From positions 185,442,001-185,506,000 of the forward strand of contig OX597814.1 in NCBI GenBank assembly GCA_951406725.2: 64,000 nucleotides of DNA, written 5' to 3'. The stretch is from Octopus vulgaris (taxonomy: Eukaryota). Of the stretch, positions 53,410 through 64,000 are shown piece after piece. Both the position numbers and the translations under genes were made by a program. The first letter of the stretch is position 1; the number at the start of each line of letters is the position of its first letter. The notes beneath the pieces are model-generated. The model ran no database searches. It saw only the letters and a program-made list of their open reading frames with translations, and was not told the origin of the DNA.

Positions 53410-54380
53410 CTGTAAATGTAAATATTTATATAATTATGTGTGTTTGTGTGTGTATTTGTTGGCCCACCACACTGCTTGTTGGTGTGTTTACGTCTCCAAA
53501 ACTTAGCAGTTTGGCAAAAGAGACCGATGGAATAAGTACTAAGTCCTGGAGTCGACTTTCTTCCACTAAAGACGGTGCTCCAGCATGGCCACAGTCAAAT
53601 TACTGAAAACAGTAAAAGAATAAAAGAATTGAAAGAATCTGTGGGTTCACCCTTGTAGCACATGTTTTTATATCATTTTCACTGCCATCATAAATGTTGC
53701 AAAACAATTATTGGTCCATTTCCATGTGGAAACTCTGTAACCAATGACACTATCCATCACAAGATAGAAGAGAAAACAAAAACAAACCAAACAAACATTG
53801 TTTTTCTTGTATATATAGAAAATTAAAAAAAGTATAAAGATCCTTCCAAAGCCATATAGATTCAAAAGACTGATTCCCTGGTTTCTACAGGATAAATATT
53901 CTCCCCCTGGATGGGACAACAGTCCATCGCAGGATTATTCACTTTTGCCAGCTGAGTGCACTGGAGCAACATGAAATGAAGTGTTTTGCCCAAGAGTACA
54001 GTATATTGCCGAGTCCAGGAACTGAAGCCACAATCTTATGATCAAGAGTGCAATATCCTAATCATTAAGCCATGCATCTCCACCATGTCTTTGTTGCCAT
54101 TGTTGTTTATAATGATGCTGTTATTGTTGTTGTCGGCATTCTTTTATTCTTTTATTTGTTTCAGTCATTTGACTGTGGCCATGCTGGATCACTGCTCTTA
54201 AGGGTTTTTTAGTCGAACAAATCAACTCCAAGACTTGTTCCTTGTAAGTCTAGTACTCATTCTATTGATATTTTTTACTGAACTGCTAAGTTACAGTGAT
54301 GTAAACACACCAACATCTGTTGTCAAGCAATGGGGTGGGGGTGGGGGGGAAACAGAGACACAAAAACACACACACATAAA
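52790..54380. mobile_element. Patchwork of SINE fragments: A- 52790-53070, A+ 53440-53635, D- 53860-54083, A- 54140-54380
   Basis: Homology to other copies in the window. Confidence 0.7.
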
Positions 54381-54542
54381 TATATATGTATATAAATATA
54401 TATATATTGAAGAAGAGCTTTGCTCAAAATGTAAACCACCCTTTGTTTCCTTCCCTGAGTGTCTTATAATATTCTGCATGTAACATGTCCTTGCATTATT
54501 GTTTTTTTCTCATGTTTTTCTTCTTTTTTTTTTTGGTTTAAC

Positions 54543-54573
<31 letters not shown>

Positions 54574-54574
<1 letters not shown>

Positions 54575-54893
54575 AAGGTGCATGGCTTAGTGGTTTGGTT
54601 ATTTGGTTCACAATCATAAGGTCAGGTCATGAGTTCAATTCCCGGCGATGTATTGTGTCCTTGAGTAAGACACTTTATTTCACGTTACTCCAGTCCACTC
54701 AGCTGGCAAAAATGAGTAGTATATGTATTTCAAAGGGCCAGCTTTGTCACAGTATGTGTCATGCTCAATCTCCCTGTGAACTACATTAAAGGTACACATG
54801 TCTGTGGAGTGCTCAGTCACTTGCACATTAATTTCAAAAGCAAGCTGTTCCATTGATCATATCAACTGGGACCCTTGTCTTCATAACCGACAG
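54574..54893 (+). mobile_element. SINE family D, near full length
   Basis: A-box-like TGGCTTAGTGG, B-box-like GAGTTCAATTCC, central CTCCAGTCCACTCAGCTGG. Confidence 0.8.
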
Positions 54894-54912
54894 TATATAT
54901 ATATATATATAT

Positions 54913-55660
54913 ATCATCATCATCATCATCATCATTTAGCGTCCGTTTTCGATGCTAGCATGGGTTGGACGGTTCAACTGGGGTCTGTGAAGCCGGAAGG
55001 CTTCATCAGGCCCAGTCAGATCTGGCAGTGTGTCTACGGCTCGATGCCCTTCCTAACGCCAACCACTCCGTGAGTGTAGTGGGTGCTTTTTACGTGCCTC
55101 CCACACAGGTGCCAGACAGAGCTGGCAAACGGCCACGAGCGGATGTTGCTTTTACGTGCCACCGGCACGGGGGCCAGGCAAGGCTGGCAACGGACACAAA
55201 CGGATGGTGCTTTTTACATGCCACCGGCACGAGGCCAGTCGGGGTGGCGCTGGCAACGGTCACGAATGAATGGTTCTCTTACGTGCCACCGGCACTGGTA
55301 ACTCAGCTGCAATTTCCATTGATCGATTTTGATTCTGATCCTCACTTGCCTCAACAGGTCTTCACAAGTAGAGTTTTGTGTCCCAAGAAGGGAAGGTATG
55401 CATACGTAGGCTGGCTCCATCCCATGTAGAAGGCCACGGGTTATGGTCTCACTTGTCCTGCCGGGTCTTCTCGCACACAGCATACTTCCATCGGTCTCGG
55501 TCTCTAGTCATTTCCTCAGTGAGACCTAAAGTTCGAAGGTCGTGCTTCACCACCTCGTCCCAGGTTTTCCTGGGTCTGCCTCTTCCACAGGTTCCCTCAA
55601 CCGCTAGGGTGTGGCACTTTTTCACACAACTATCTTCATCCATTCTCGCCACATGCCCAT
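54913..55660 (-). mobile_element. 5'-truncated RTE-clade LINE: ORF C-terminus, full 3' UTR and (GAT)n tail, within (TA)n
   Basis: GHVARMDEDSCVKKC..GRGRPRKTWDEVVKHDL..DRDRWK is the typical RTE C-terminus. Confidence 0.9.
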
Positions 55661-55747
55661 ATATATATATATATATCACATCTATTTTCATTCCTCCACC
55701 TCACCTTCTATTTCGTATCTTATCTAAATTAATTATTGCTTAACCAT

Positions 55748-55795
55748 CTTCTTCGATGAAGGGATATAATAAATATCTTAGAAACAGCTGTAAAG
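55748..55795 (+). ncRNA. Degenerate hammerhead-like motif in an AT-rich Penelope-like fragment
   Basis: tcGATGA-A-GGGATAT(AATAA)ATATCTT-A-GAAAC-AGCT-GT-A with palindromic ACAGCTGT stem III. Confidence 0.45.
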
Positions 55796-55873
55796 CCTTC
55801 TATTTATAAATGTTCTAAAATCTACACAGCCTTGGTTTTTTATCTCATTATGAAAGAAAAAAATTCATATATA

Positions 55874-55945
<72 letters not shown>

Positions 55946-57039
55946 GGGAGTATAACTCCAAACTTACAGGGAAAAATTCAATTTAATATTAAATCAAATT
56001 TCACAATATAAGTACATAATATATATGAATTAGAGAAAAACCATTATTTTGTAATTCAAACAATGATAGACATAGTCCATATCATATAGAAAAAAAATAT
56101 ATATTATAAAATATATAACTAGATCACAAAAAGTACAAAAAATGAATAAACAATATATAATAAGTAATAAGTAAACAGGCTTCTTTCAGTTTCCATCTAC
56201 CAAATTTACTCACAAGGCTTTGGTTGGCCTGAGGCTATAGTGGAAGACGTTTGCCCAATGTGTCATGCAGTGGGACTGAACCCGGAACCATGTAGTTGGG
56301 AAGCAATATTCTTACCAAACAGCCATGCTTGCATCTGGTAGTTTTATTATACTTGATATTGTTGTTTATTGTTGACACTGTTATGGATACCATTGTTAGT
56401 TTCGATATGGTTGTTGTTGAGACTGCAGCTAGTGACTATTGTTATTATTGTTGGCACCGTCAGTGTTAGTATTGTTTTGATTGTTATTTGTAGTATTTTT
56501 GCGGATATATTTGTTATAAGGTCATTGTTTGTATCATAGTTTTTGCTGATATTGTAATTACAGATACTGTTATCTGTGTTAATGCTGTTGTCATTGATAT
56601 TCCTGTTGTTGAAGTTGTTGTTATTGTCACTATTATATTTTATTGCTTTTTGTTGTTGTTCTTGAGGTAATCTGGTAGAATCGTTAACATCCGGGCAAAA
56701 TGCTTAGTGGTATTTCATCCATCATTATATTCTAAGTTCAAATTCCGCCAAGGCCGACTTTGCCTTTCATCCTAAAATATCCGTCAATTGTAAATAATGT
56801 TAATAATGTAAGTATTTATGTTGTTGATAATGTTACTATTGTTCTTGCTATTGCTGGTTTGCTTTTGTTGTTGATGATGATGATGACGATTGACGATGTT
56901 CTTGTTGCTTAATCCCAGTTCAACCCTGACTGAGCCTGAACCATGATCAACAAAGCATTCTAGCCAAATCCACTCTATGTTTATCTTTATCTTCATCATT
57001 TTAAAAATAAATTCTATGTAGACAGTTGCATACAGAAGT

Positions 57040-57162
57040 GCTGATCGCACTTAAAATGGATGGAACTTGTGGAAGAAGAAGACCTAGGAAGGCATGAGAC
57101 AATGTACTGAAGGCTGATCTTAAGTCACAGAGCTTTATGAAGGAGATGACTAAAGACCGAGA
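57040..57162 (+). mobile_element. RTE ORF C-terminal remnant
   Basis: LKMDGTCGRRRPRKA*DNVLKADL..EMTKDRD. Confidence 0.7.
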
Positions 57163-57165
57163 TAT

Positions 57166-57530
57166 CAGTCCCACTGCATGGCACCTTGGGCAAGTATCTT
57201 CTACTACAGCCTCAGGCCGACCAAAGCCTTGTGAGTGGATTTTGTAGATGGAAACTGAAAGAAGCCTGTCGTATATATGTATATATATATGTATGTGTGT
57301 GTGTGTGTATGTTTGTGTGTCTGTGTTTGTCCCTCCCAACATCGCTTGATAACTGATGCTGGTGTGTTTACATTCCCGTAACTTAGCAGTTCAGCAAAAG
57401 AGACCAATAGGATAAGTACTAGGCTTACAAAGAATAAGTCCTGGGGTCGATTTGCTCGGACTAAAGGTGGTGTTCTAGCATGGCCACGGTCAAATGACTG
57501 AAACAAGTAAAAGAGTAAAGAGTAAAAGTA
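57166..57530 (+). mobile_element. SINE family A
   Basis: Partial head, microsatellite, body and tail. Confidence 0.85.
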
Positions 57531-57569
57531 ATATCCATTGCTGTAATGAAAAAGATCTGCCCACCACAG

Positions 57570-58080
57570 CAGAATTGGTACCGGTCCTGGTGCCACATAA
57601 AAAGCACACAGTACACTTTGTGGAGTGGTTGGCATTAGGAAGGGCATCCAGCCATAGAAACCAAGCCAGAACAAACAATGGAGCCTGGTGAGGCCCCTGA
57701 CCTTAACAGTTCCAGCGAAACCAGCCAACTCATGCCAGCATCAAAAATGGCTGTTAAAGGATGATGACGATGATGATGATGAGGAGGAGGAGGAGGAGGA
57801 GGACGACGACGACGACGACGATGAGGAGGAGGTGGAGGAGGAGAAGGATGACGATGATGATGATGATGAGGGTGAAGAGGGGGGAGGATGAAGTGGAGGA
57901 GGATGAAGAGGCGGAGGAGGGTGAAGAGGAGGAGGAGGTTGAAGGGGAGGAGGAGGTTGAAGAGGAGGAGGAGGTTGAAGAGGAGGAGGGGGAGGAGGGG
58001 GAGGAGGGGGAGGAGGACGGTGATGATGATGATGATGATGATGATAATAATGATAATGATGATAATGATGATGATGATGA
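57570..58080 (+). repeat. Decayed RTE 3' end running into a (GAT/GAG/GGA)n tract
   Basis: GGCATTAGGAAGGGCATCCAGC..GTTAAAGGATGATGAC. Confidence 0.7.
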
Positions 58081-58302
58081 CATAGTATCCAATACGTCCA
58101 CATATTTTTAAAAACAATAGATTATTTCATTTGACAGAGATCCGGCTACTGTTTCTACCACATCAACCACCACATCAACCACCACATCAACTTACCACAT
58201 CAAAGCACTTTTATTTGGTTTGGTGTTAGCGACCTCATTGCTGCTTTTCGAGCTGCTGCCTCTGTTATTATCATTATTATTATTATGATTATTATTATTA
58301 TG

Positions 58303-58356
<54 letters not shown>

Positions 58357-58372
58357 GTTGTTGTTGTTGTTG

Positions 58373-58409
<37 letters not shown>

Positions 58410-58859
58410 ATTGCTGTTCTCACTGTCATTGCAGTATGTAAATTTTAGCTTTCACTTTAAATTCAAATTTGATACGCTTCATTTTAACATTTAATTTATT
58501 ATTATTTCCTTTATTTTTTTTTGGTTTTCATCTTATTGGGTTTCTGCCATATCTCCCTGACAGATCACAAATTCTGCTGATAATAAATCATAAACACTAT
58601 TTGGTTCTTTTCAACTACAAAGAACAAAGAAACCTTACAGAATAAAATAAAATAAATGGTATAGTGTAATAAGGACAATATTTTATAGTGGAGTTGTGTT
58701 CAGGTTTCTGGAGTGTCAGCAAATTGTTTATAACTGCTATAAATATATTTTCAATTTGAAGATCTGAAAAAAAAAAAGTAGTCTTCCAGTGCTCACATTG
58801 AATAGGCATGCATGCGCACATATGTTTATATGCAATATATGTATGTTTCTATATATATA

Positions 58860-59105
58860 TCATCATCATCATCATTGTTTAACATGGGCTTTCCATGCTA
58901 GCATGAGTTGGACAATTTGACTGAGATCTGGCGAACCAGATGGCTGCACCAGACTTCAATCTGATCTGGCAGAGTTCCTACAGCTGGATGCCCTTCCTAA
59001 CGCCAACCACTCTGAGAGTGTAGCGGGTGCTTTTACGTGACACCGGCACGAGATATACATATATATGATGATCATAATCATCATCATCAGCATCATAATC
59101 ATCAC

Positions 59106-59150
<45 letters not shown>

Positions 59151-59826
59151 TATCATTCAATGTCCGTTGGCCATGCTGGCATGGATTGGACGGTTTGACC
59201 GGACAGGCATGCTGGAAGGCTGCACCAGACTCCAGTCTGATTTGGCATGGTTTTCTATGGCTGGATGCTCTTCCTAATGCCAACCACTCTGAGAGTGTAA
59301 TTGCTGCTTTCATGTGCTATCGGCACAGGTGCCCTTTGCATGACACCGGGGTGCTTTTATATATCACCTGCACGTGTGCCAATTTGCATGACACTGGTAT
59401 CTGCCACAACTGTAATTTTGCTCAGCTTGATGGGTCATCTTGTCAAGTACAACATAATGCAAAAGAACTCAGTCATTGCCTCCGTGAGGCCCAACACTCA
59501 AAAGGAACTCAGCCACTTTGCATCTGTGAGACCCAATGCTTGAAAGGTGTTCTTTACATGCCACCAGCACAGGTGCACTTGGCTTGACGGTTCCTCTCAA
59601 GTATAGCATATTGCCAAAGTCATTATCTCTTTGACACTCAAAGCTTGAAGATCATGCTTCACCACCTCGTTCTATATTTTCTTGGGTCTTATCTGGCAGT
59701 GTTTCTACAGCTAGATCAGACTTGAGCCTGGTGCAGCCTCCTGGCTTCCCAAACCCCGGTCAAACCATCCAACCCGTGCTAGCACGGAGAGCGGACGTTA
59801 AACAATGATGATGATGATGATGATGA
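58860..59826. mobile_element. Cluster of RTE 3' fragments (minus 58860-59050 and 59140-59690; plus 59713-59826)
   Basis: 3' UTR motifs, (CAT)n/(GAT)n tails, NEVVKHDL remnant at about 59650-59672. Confidence 0.75.
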
Positions 59827-60639
59827 TATATATATATATATATACTCTTTTACATATATATACATGACAGGCTTCTTTCAGTTTCTATCTACAAAATCTA
59901 CCCGCAAATCCACTTCTATAGTAGAAGACACTTGCCTAGGTGCTATGCAGTAGGACTGAACCCAGAACCATGTGGCTGAGACACAAGCTTCTTGCCACAC
60001 AGCCACAACTGTACCTATAACAGCCATACCTGCACCTACGGCAGCTACAACTGCACCAATAACTTTTCATAAAATCTTTTCCATCAGTTGGAAAGTCATT
60101 TAACACAAAACCATTCAATAACATGAATTGGCTGTTATGAGACTAAATTCATTTCATATATATATATATATATATGTATGCATGTATGTGTGTATATACA
60201 CATATGCACATACACACACAAATATATATATATATGTGTATGTATGTAACGTAAAAGACCAGATTTTATGTCCAATGACAACAGCTCTCTAATGAAGTGT
60301 TGCTGAAAATCCATGAACAAAAACTATATAAAATTAAGAGTAAAAAAAAATCAGAAATTTGTTCCTGAAGAAAATCAAAGCTCCACCATGGGGTTACTGA
60401 GAAATCCTAGATTGATACTGTTTTATAGAAGAATCACATTAGATTAGAAAATAATGAAAATAGCTGGAGAAGGAATGTGTTCTGAATTTTAGTGAAACTT
60501 AGAATCCTGTGGTTAGATGCAAATACGAATGCGGAATTACAAATGACAAGGAAGGGAGCAAATGTATTTCTGTTTTGTTGGAGCTGAAGATAGGAAATAA
60601 TTGAGAATGCAGACGATGGCGATGGCGGTGGTGCATGGG

Positions 60640-61310
60640 AGGGTGCATGGTGGTGGTGGTGGTGGTAGATGTTGGTGGTGGTGGTGATGGTGGTGGTGGT
60701 GGTGGTGGTGGTGGTGGTGGTGGTGGTGGTGGTGGTGGTGGTGGTGGTGGTGGTGGTGGTGGTGGTGGTGGTGCATGGTGGTTGTGGTACGTGGTGGTGG
60801 TCGCGGCCGCAGCTGAGGTGGGGATGATGGTGGTGGTGGTGGTGGAGGTGGTTGTTGCTGCAGTTATTGTTGTTGTTGTTGTTGTTGTTGTAGGTGGTGG
60901 TGGTGGTGGTGGTGGTGGCGGCGGTGGAGGTAGTGGTGATGGTGATGATTCTAACAACAAAGATAATGATGATGATGATGATGATGATGATGATGGCAAT
61001 GGTTGTGGTGGTGGTGGTGGTGGTGGTGGTGTGGTGTGGTGGTGAGAGGAGAAAGAGGAGGAGGGGAGGGGGAGGAGGGGAAGATGATGATGGTGGTAGT
61101 GCTTTTGATGATGATGACAGTAGTGATGGTTATGAAGATGATGATGATGATGATGATTCTGACAATGATGGTGATGATGATTATGATGATGCCAATGATG
61201 AGGATTTTGACAATGACAACAATGATGACATCAACAACGATGACAATAAAACACAATGATGATGAGAATGATGATGATGTTCATGATACTAATGATGCTA
61301 AAGATGATGA
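60640..61310. repeat. (GGT)n/(GAT)n low-complexity tract
   Basis: Direct reading. Confidence 0.95.
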
Positions 61311-62782
61311 CGATTGTTGCAGAGGTGATGGCTTCGACAGTTGCAATGCATTTAATAACGGCAATGTTGTTGACAGTAAATGGTTAGAACTGGAACAAAA
61401 CACCAAAACACAACAAAGAACAAAAAATGTTGAATCAAGTCAGTGCAGCAGGTGCAGTGGTCTGGAGTACGGGTGCAGTGGAAGGTGTAAATAAGGTTGC
61501 ATACATGTGATATTTGTGCAGGAAATGCTTGGGTCTCTATGTAAATATACATGTGTGCATGTATAAATGTGTGCATGCATGTGTGTGTGCATTTTTGTGC
61601 ATGTATGCATGTCTCCATGCATGTGCATGCGTTATGTGTGTGTGCATGTATGTGTGTGTGTTGTGCATGTATATGTTTATGCTTGTATGTCTGTATGCAT
61701 GTGTGTATGTGTGATTGTATATATGTGTGCATGTATATGTGTACTTCTATGCATGTATGCCTGTATGTGTGCATGCATGCATGTGTGCATGTATGAATGT
61801 GTACACATATGTGTGTACATGTGCATGTATGCATGTTTCCATGTGTGCATGAATGTATGTGTGCATATGTACATATATGCATGTATGCATGTCTGCATGC
61901 ATTGGGATGAAGATAACGATGACTGCACAGATGTGTATATACATGTATTACATGCTTGTACATGAGTGAGATTATGCGGGTGTTAGAGTGTGAGCAAGTG
62001 TATGAGTGTAAGAAAGATTGTGCATGTGTGTGTTTGTCTAAAAGAAGAGTTTCTTTTGCATCTCTCTTGTGAGCTGAAGAAGATCTCTCATACTTTTCAC
62101 AAACAGCAATGGCTAAGAGCAATATCAGCCGCTCCCTTCCATTTCCACTCCACTTCGCTCATCTTACTCTTTGTTTCACCCTTTCTATCAATTCTGTTCT
62201 CACGAAGCTATCCAACCAACCAACCAACCAACCAACCAACCGACCATTCATTCACTTCTCCCTCCTTTTTCCTTTCGCTTCTCAAAACCTAAAAATCCCA
62301 TTCCTTAACCACCATTCCCAACCAACTTCTCTTCCTTCCATCCACCAGAACCCTCAAGGATGGTTATCGTTGCCAAAGTGAAACAGAGAGACAATTTCAG
62401 AATCACTGAAGAGTTTCTTGTTGCAGACAAAAATTGCTTATTGAGGGAAAATTCCGTCTCCACAAGTGACAATATTGTTTAATGAAGATAACGGAAATTA
62501 ACTACAAAAATTTATAAAGAACAGGGGTGAAAAACATTATCCCTTCACATTCCAGACATTCCTTTTGCAGACATTCCATCTATCCCCCTTCCCTCCACTG
62601 TTATTGGAATCCTTCTTATTAAAAAGCTCTTCATTTCACGCCTTAGCTATAATTTCCCAGTTCTGTTTCAGTCAGTTTACCTAATGGGATTTTGTTCCTG
62701 TATTTGCATGTACTGATTGTGCAGAATTCTGTAAACTATTTTATTATTTCTGAGCTTAGATCTAAACCACCTCATTACTTAC

Positions 62783-62895
62783 CGAATGCTACCTACAACA
62801 CTTTGCCAACACCGCCACTTGGTAAATAATACCAGCAACAGCAGCAGCAACAGCAGCAGCAACAGCAGTAGCAACAGCATCACCATCATCATCAT
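62783..62895 (-). CDS. Candidate first coding exon encoding a signal-peptide-like stretch (speculative)
   Basis: ATG after an upstream in-frame stop; MMMMVM-L15-VLFTKWRCWQSVVGSI; ends at consensus donor CG|GTAAGT. Confidence 0.25.
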
Positions 62896-63024
62896 CAAAG
62901 ATTTTTGGTATTGTTGCTATACACTTCTTTCTGTACAGGTTACTCGTTAGCAACAAATACCTATATTTATTCCGAGCGTGCGTCTTTGTTCCTCGTGGTT
63001 TGCGCATATGATCTTGTGAAAAAT

Positions 63025-63670
63025 CATCTCGTCGTCGTCGTCACCGTCATTATCATCATCATCATCATCATCTTCGTCATCATTGTTGTCATCATCACTG
63101 TTGTCGATATCATCTTTGTCATCACGATCATCATCGTCATTCGTCATTATCATCATTACCATCATCAGCATCATCGTTGTCGTTGTCGTCATCAGCATTA
63201 CCATTATTGTTGTCATCATCATCATCACCATCACCACCACCACCACCACCACCACCACCACCATCACCACCATCACCACCACTATCACCACCATCACCAC
63301 CACCACCATCACACCGCCACCACTGCCATCACCTCCACCATTACCACCATTATCACCATCATCACCACCACTATCATCATCACCAGCACCACCAGCACCA
63401 CCACTACCACCACCATCACCACCATCACCACCACCATCTCCACCACCATCACCACCACCACCATCATCACCACCACCACCACCATCTCCACCACCATCAC
63501 CACCACCATTGCCACACCCACCACCACCACCACCACTACCATCACCACCATTGCCACCAACACCATCACCACCACCACCACCACCACCATTATTACCACC
63601 ACTACCACCACCACCACCACCACTACCACCACCACTATCACCACCATTATCACCACCACTACCACTGTCA
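63025..63670. repeat. (CAT/CAC)n low-complexity tract
   Basis: Direct reading. Confidence 0.95.
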
Positions 63671-64000
63671 TTACAAACATTTATGTGTGAGTAAGTGTGT
63701 GTGTGGCTGTCTGTCTGTCTGTCCATTGGTGTGTGTGTGTATGTGTGTGTGTGCGTGTGTGTGTATGCATGCATGATTGTTTACTTCTCCAAAATGGTTC
63801 GGTTATTTTCTCAATACAATATTTCCTTGGAATGTAAATACAGTGTTACATTTCCTTTGTTACCATCTCATTGCACCTTCCTGGCATTCACAACTCTGTT
63901 GCAATCTCCATATATCTGTTGCAATCTTTTCTATTGTCATTTTACCACTTGCATGTTTCTACATGCACATTTGTACATGTGTGCATCTCTGTCTACATGT

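Noticed and set aside
63828-63838. TGGAATGTAAA matching the start of miR-1
   Set aside because: The match stops after 11 nt and there is no proper precursor hairpin

Overview
Eukaryotic, AT-rich, extremely microsatellite-dense non-coding DNA. The SINE/LINE families and the density of (TA)n, (TAA)n, (CATA)n and (CAT/GAT/GGT)n tracts suggest a coleoid cephalopod, probably Octopus (inference). No intact host gene can be supported, and almost all ORFs in the supplied track are microsatellite translations. The window is a nested landscape of retroelements and DNA transposons. Retroelements: at least four tRNA-headed SINE families, many 3' ends of an RTE-clade LINE (including a ~2.4 kb tandem array of its 3' UTR), two restriction-like-endonuclease LINE remnants beside microsatellites, CR1 and L1/Tx1-like fragments, and several Penelope-like terminal fragments carrying minimal hammerhead-ribozyme-like motifs. 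DNA transposons: four Tc1/mariner relics (mariner, DD37D, DD41D, one folded back into a palindrome) and a TIR element with GGG ends. A speculative minus-strand exon encoding a signal-peptide-like poly-Leu stretch lies near 62.8 kb. All structures were read by eye; boundaries of decayed repeats are approximate.
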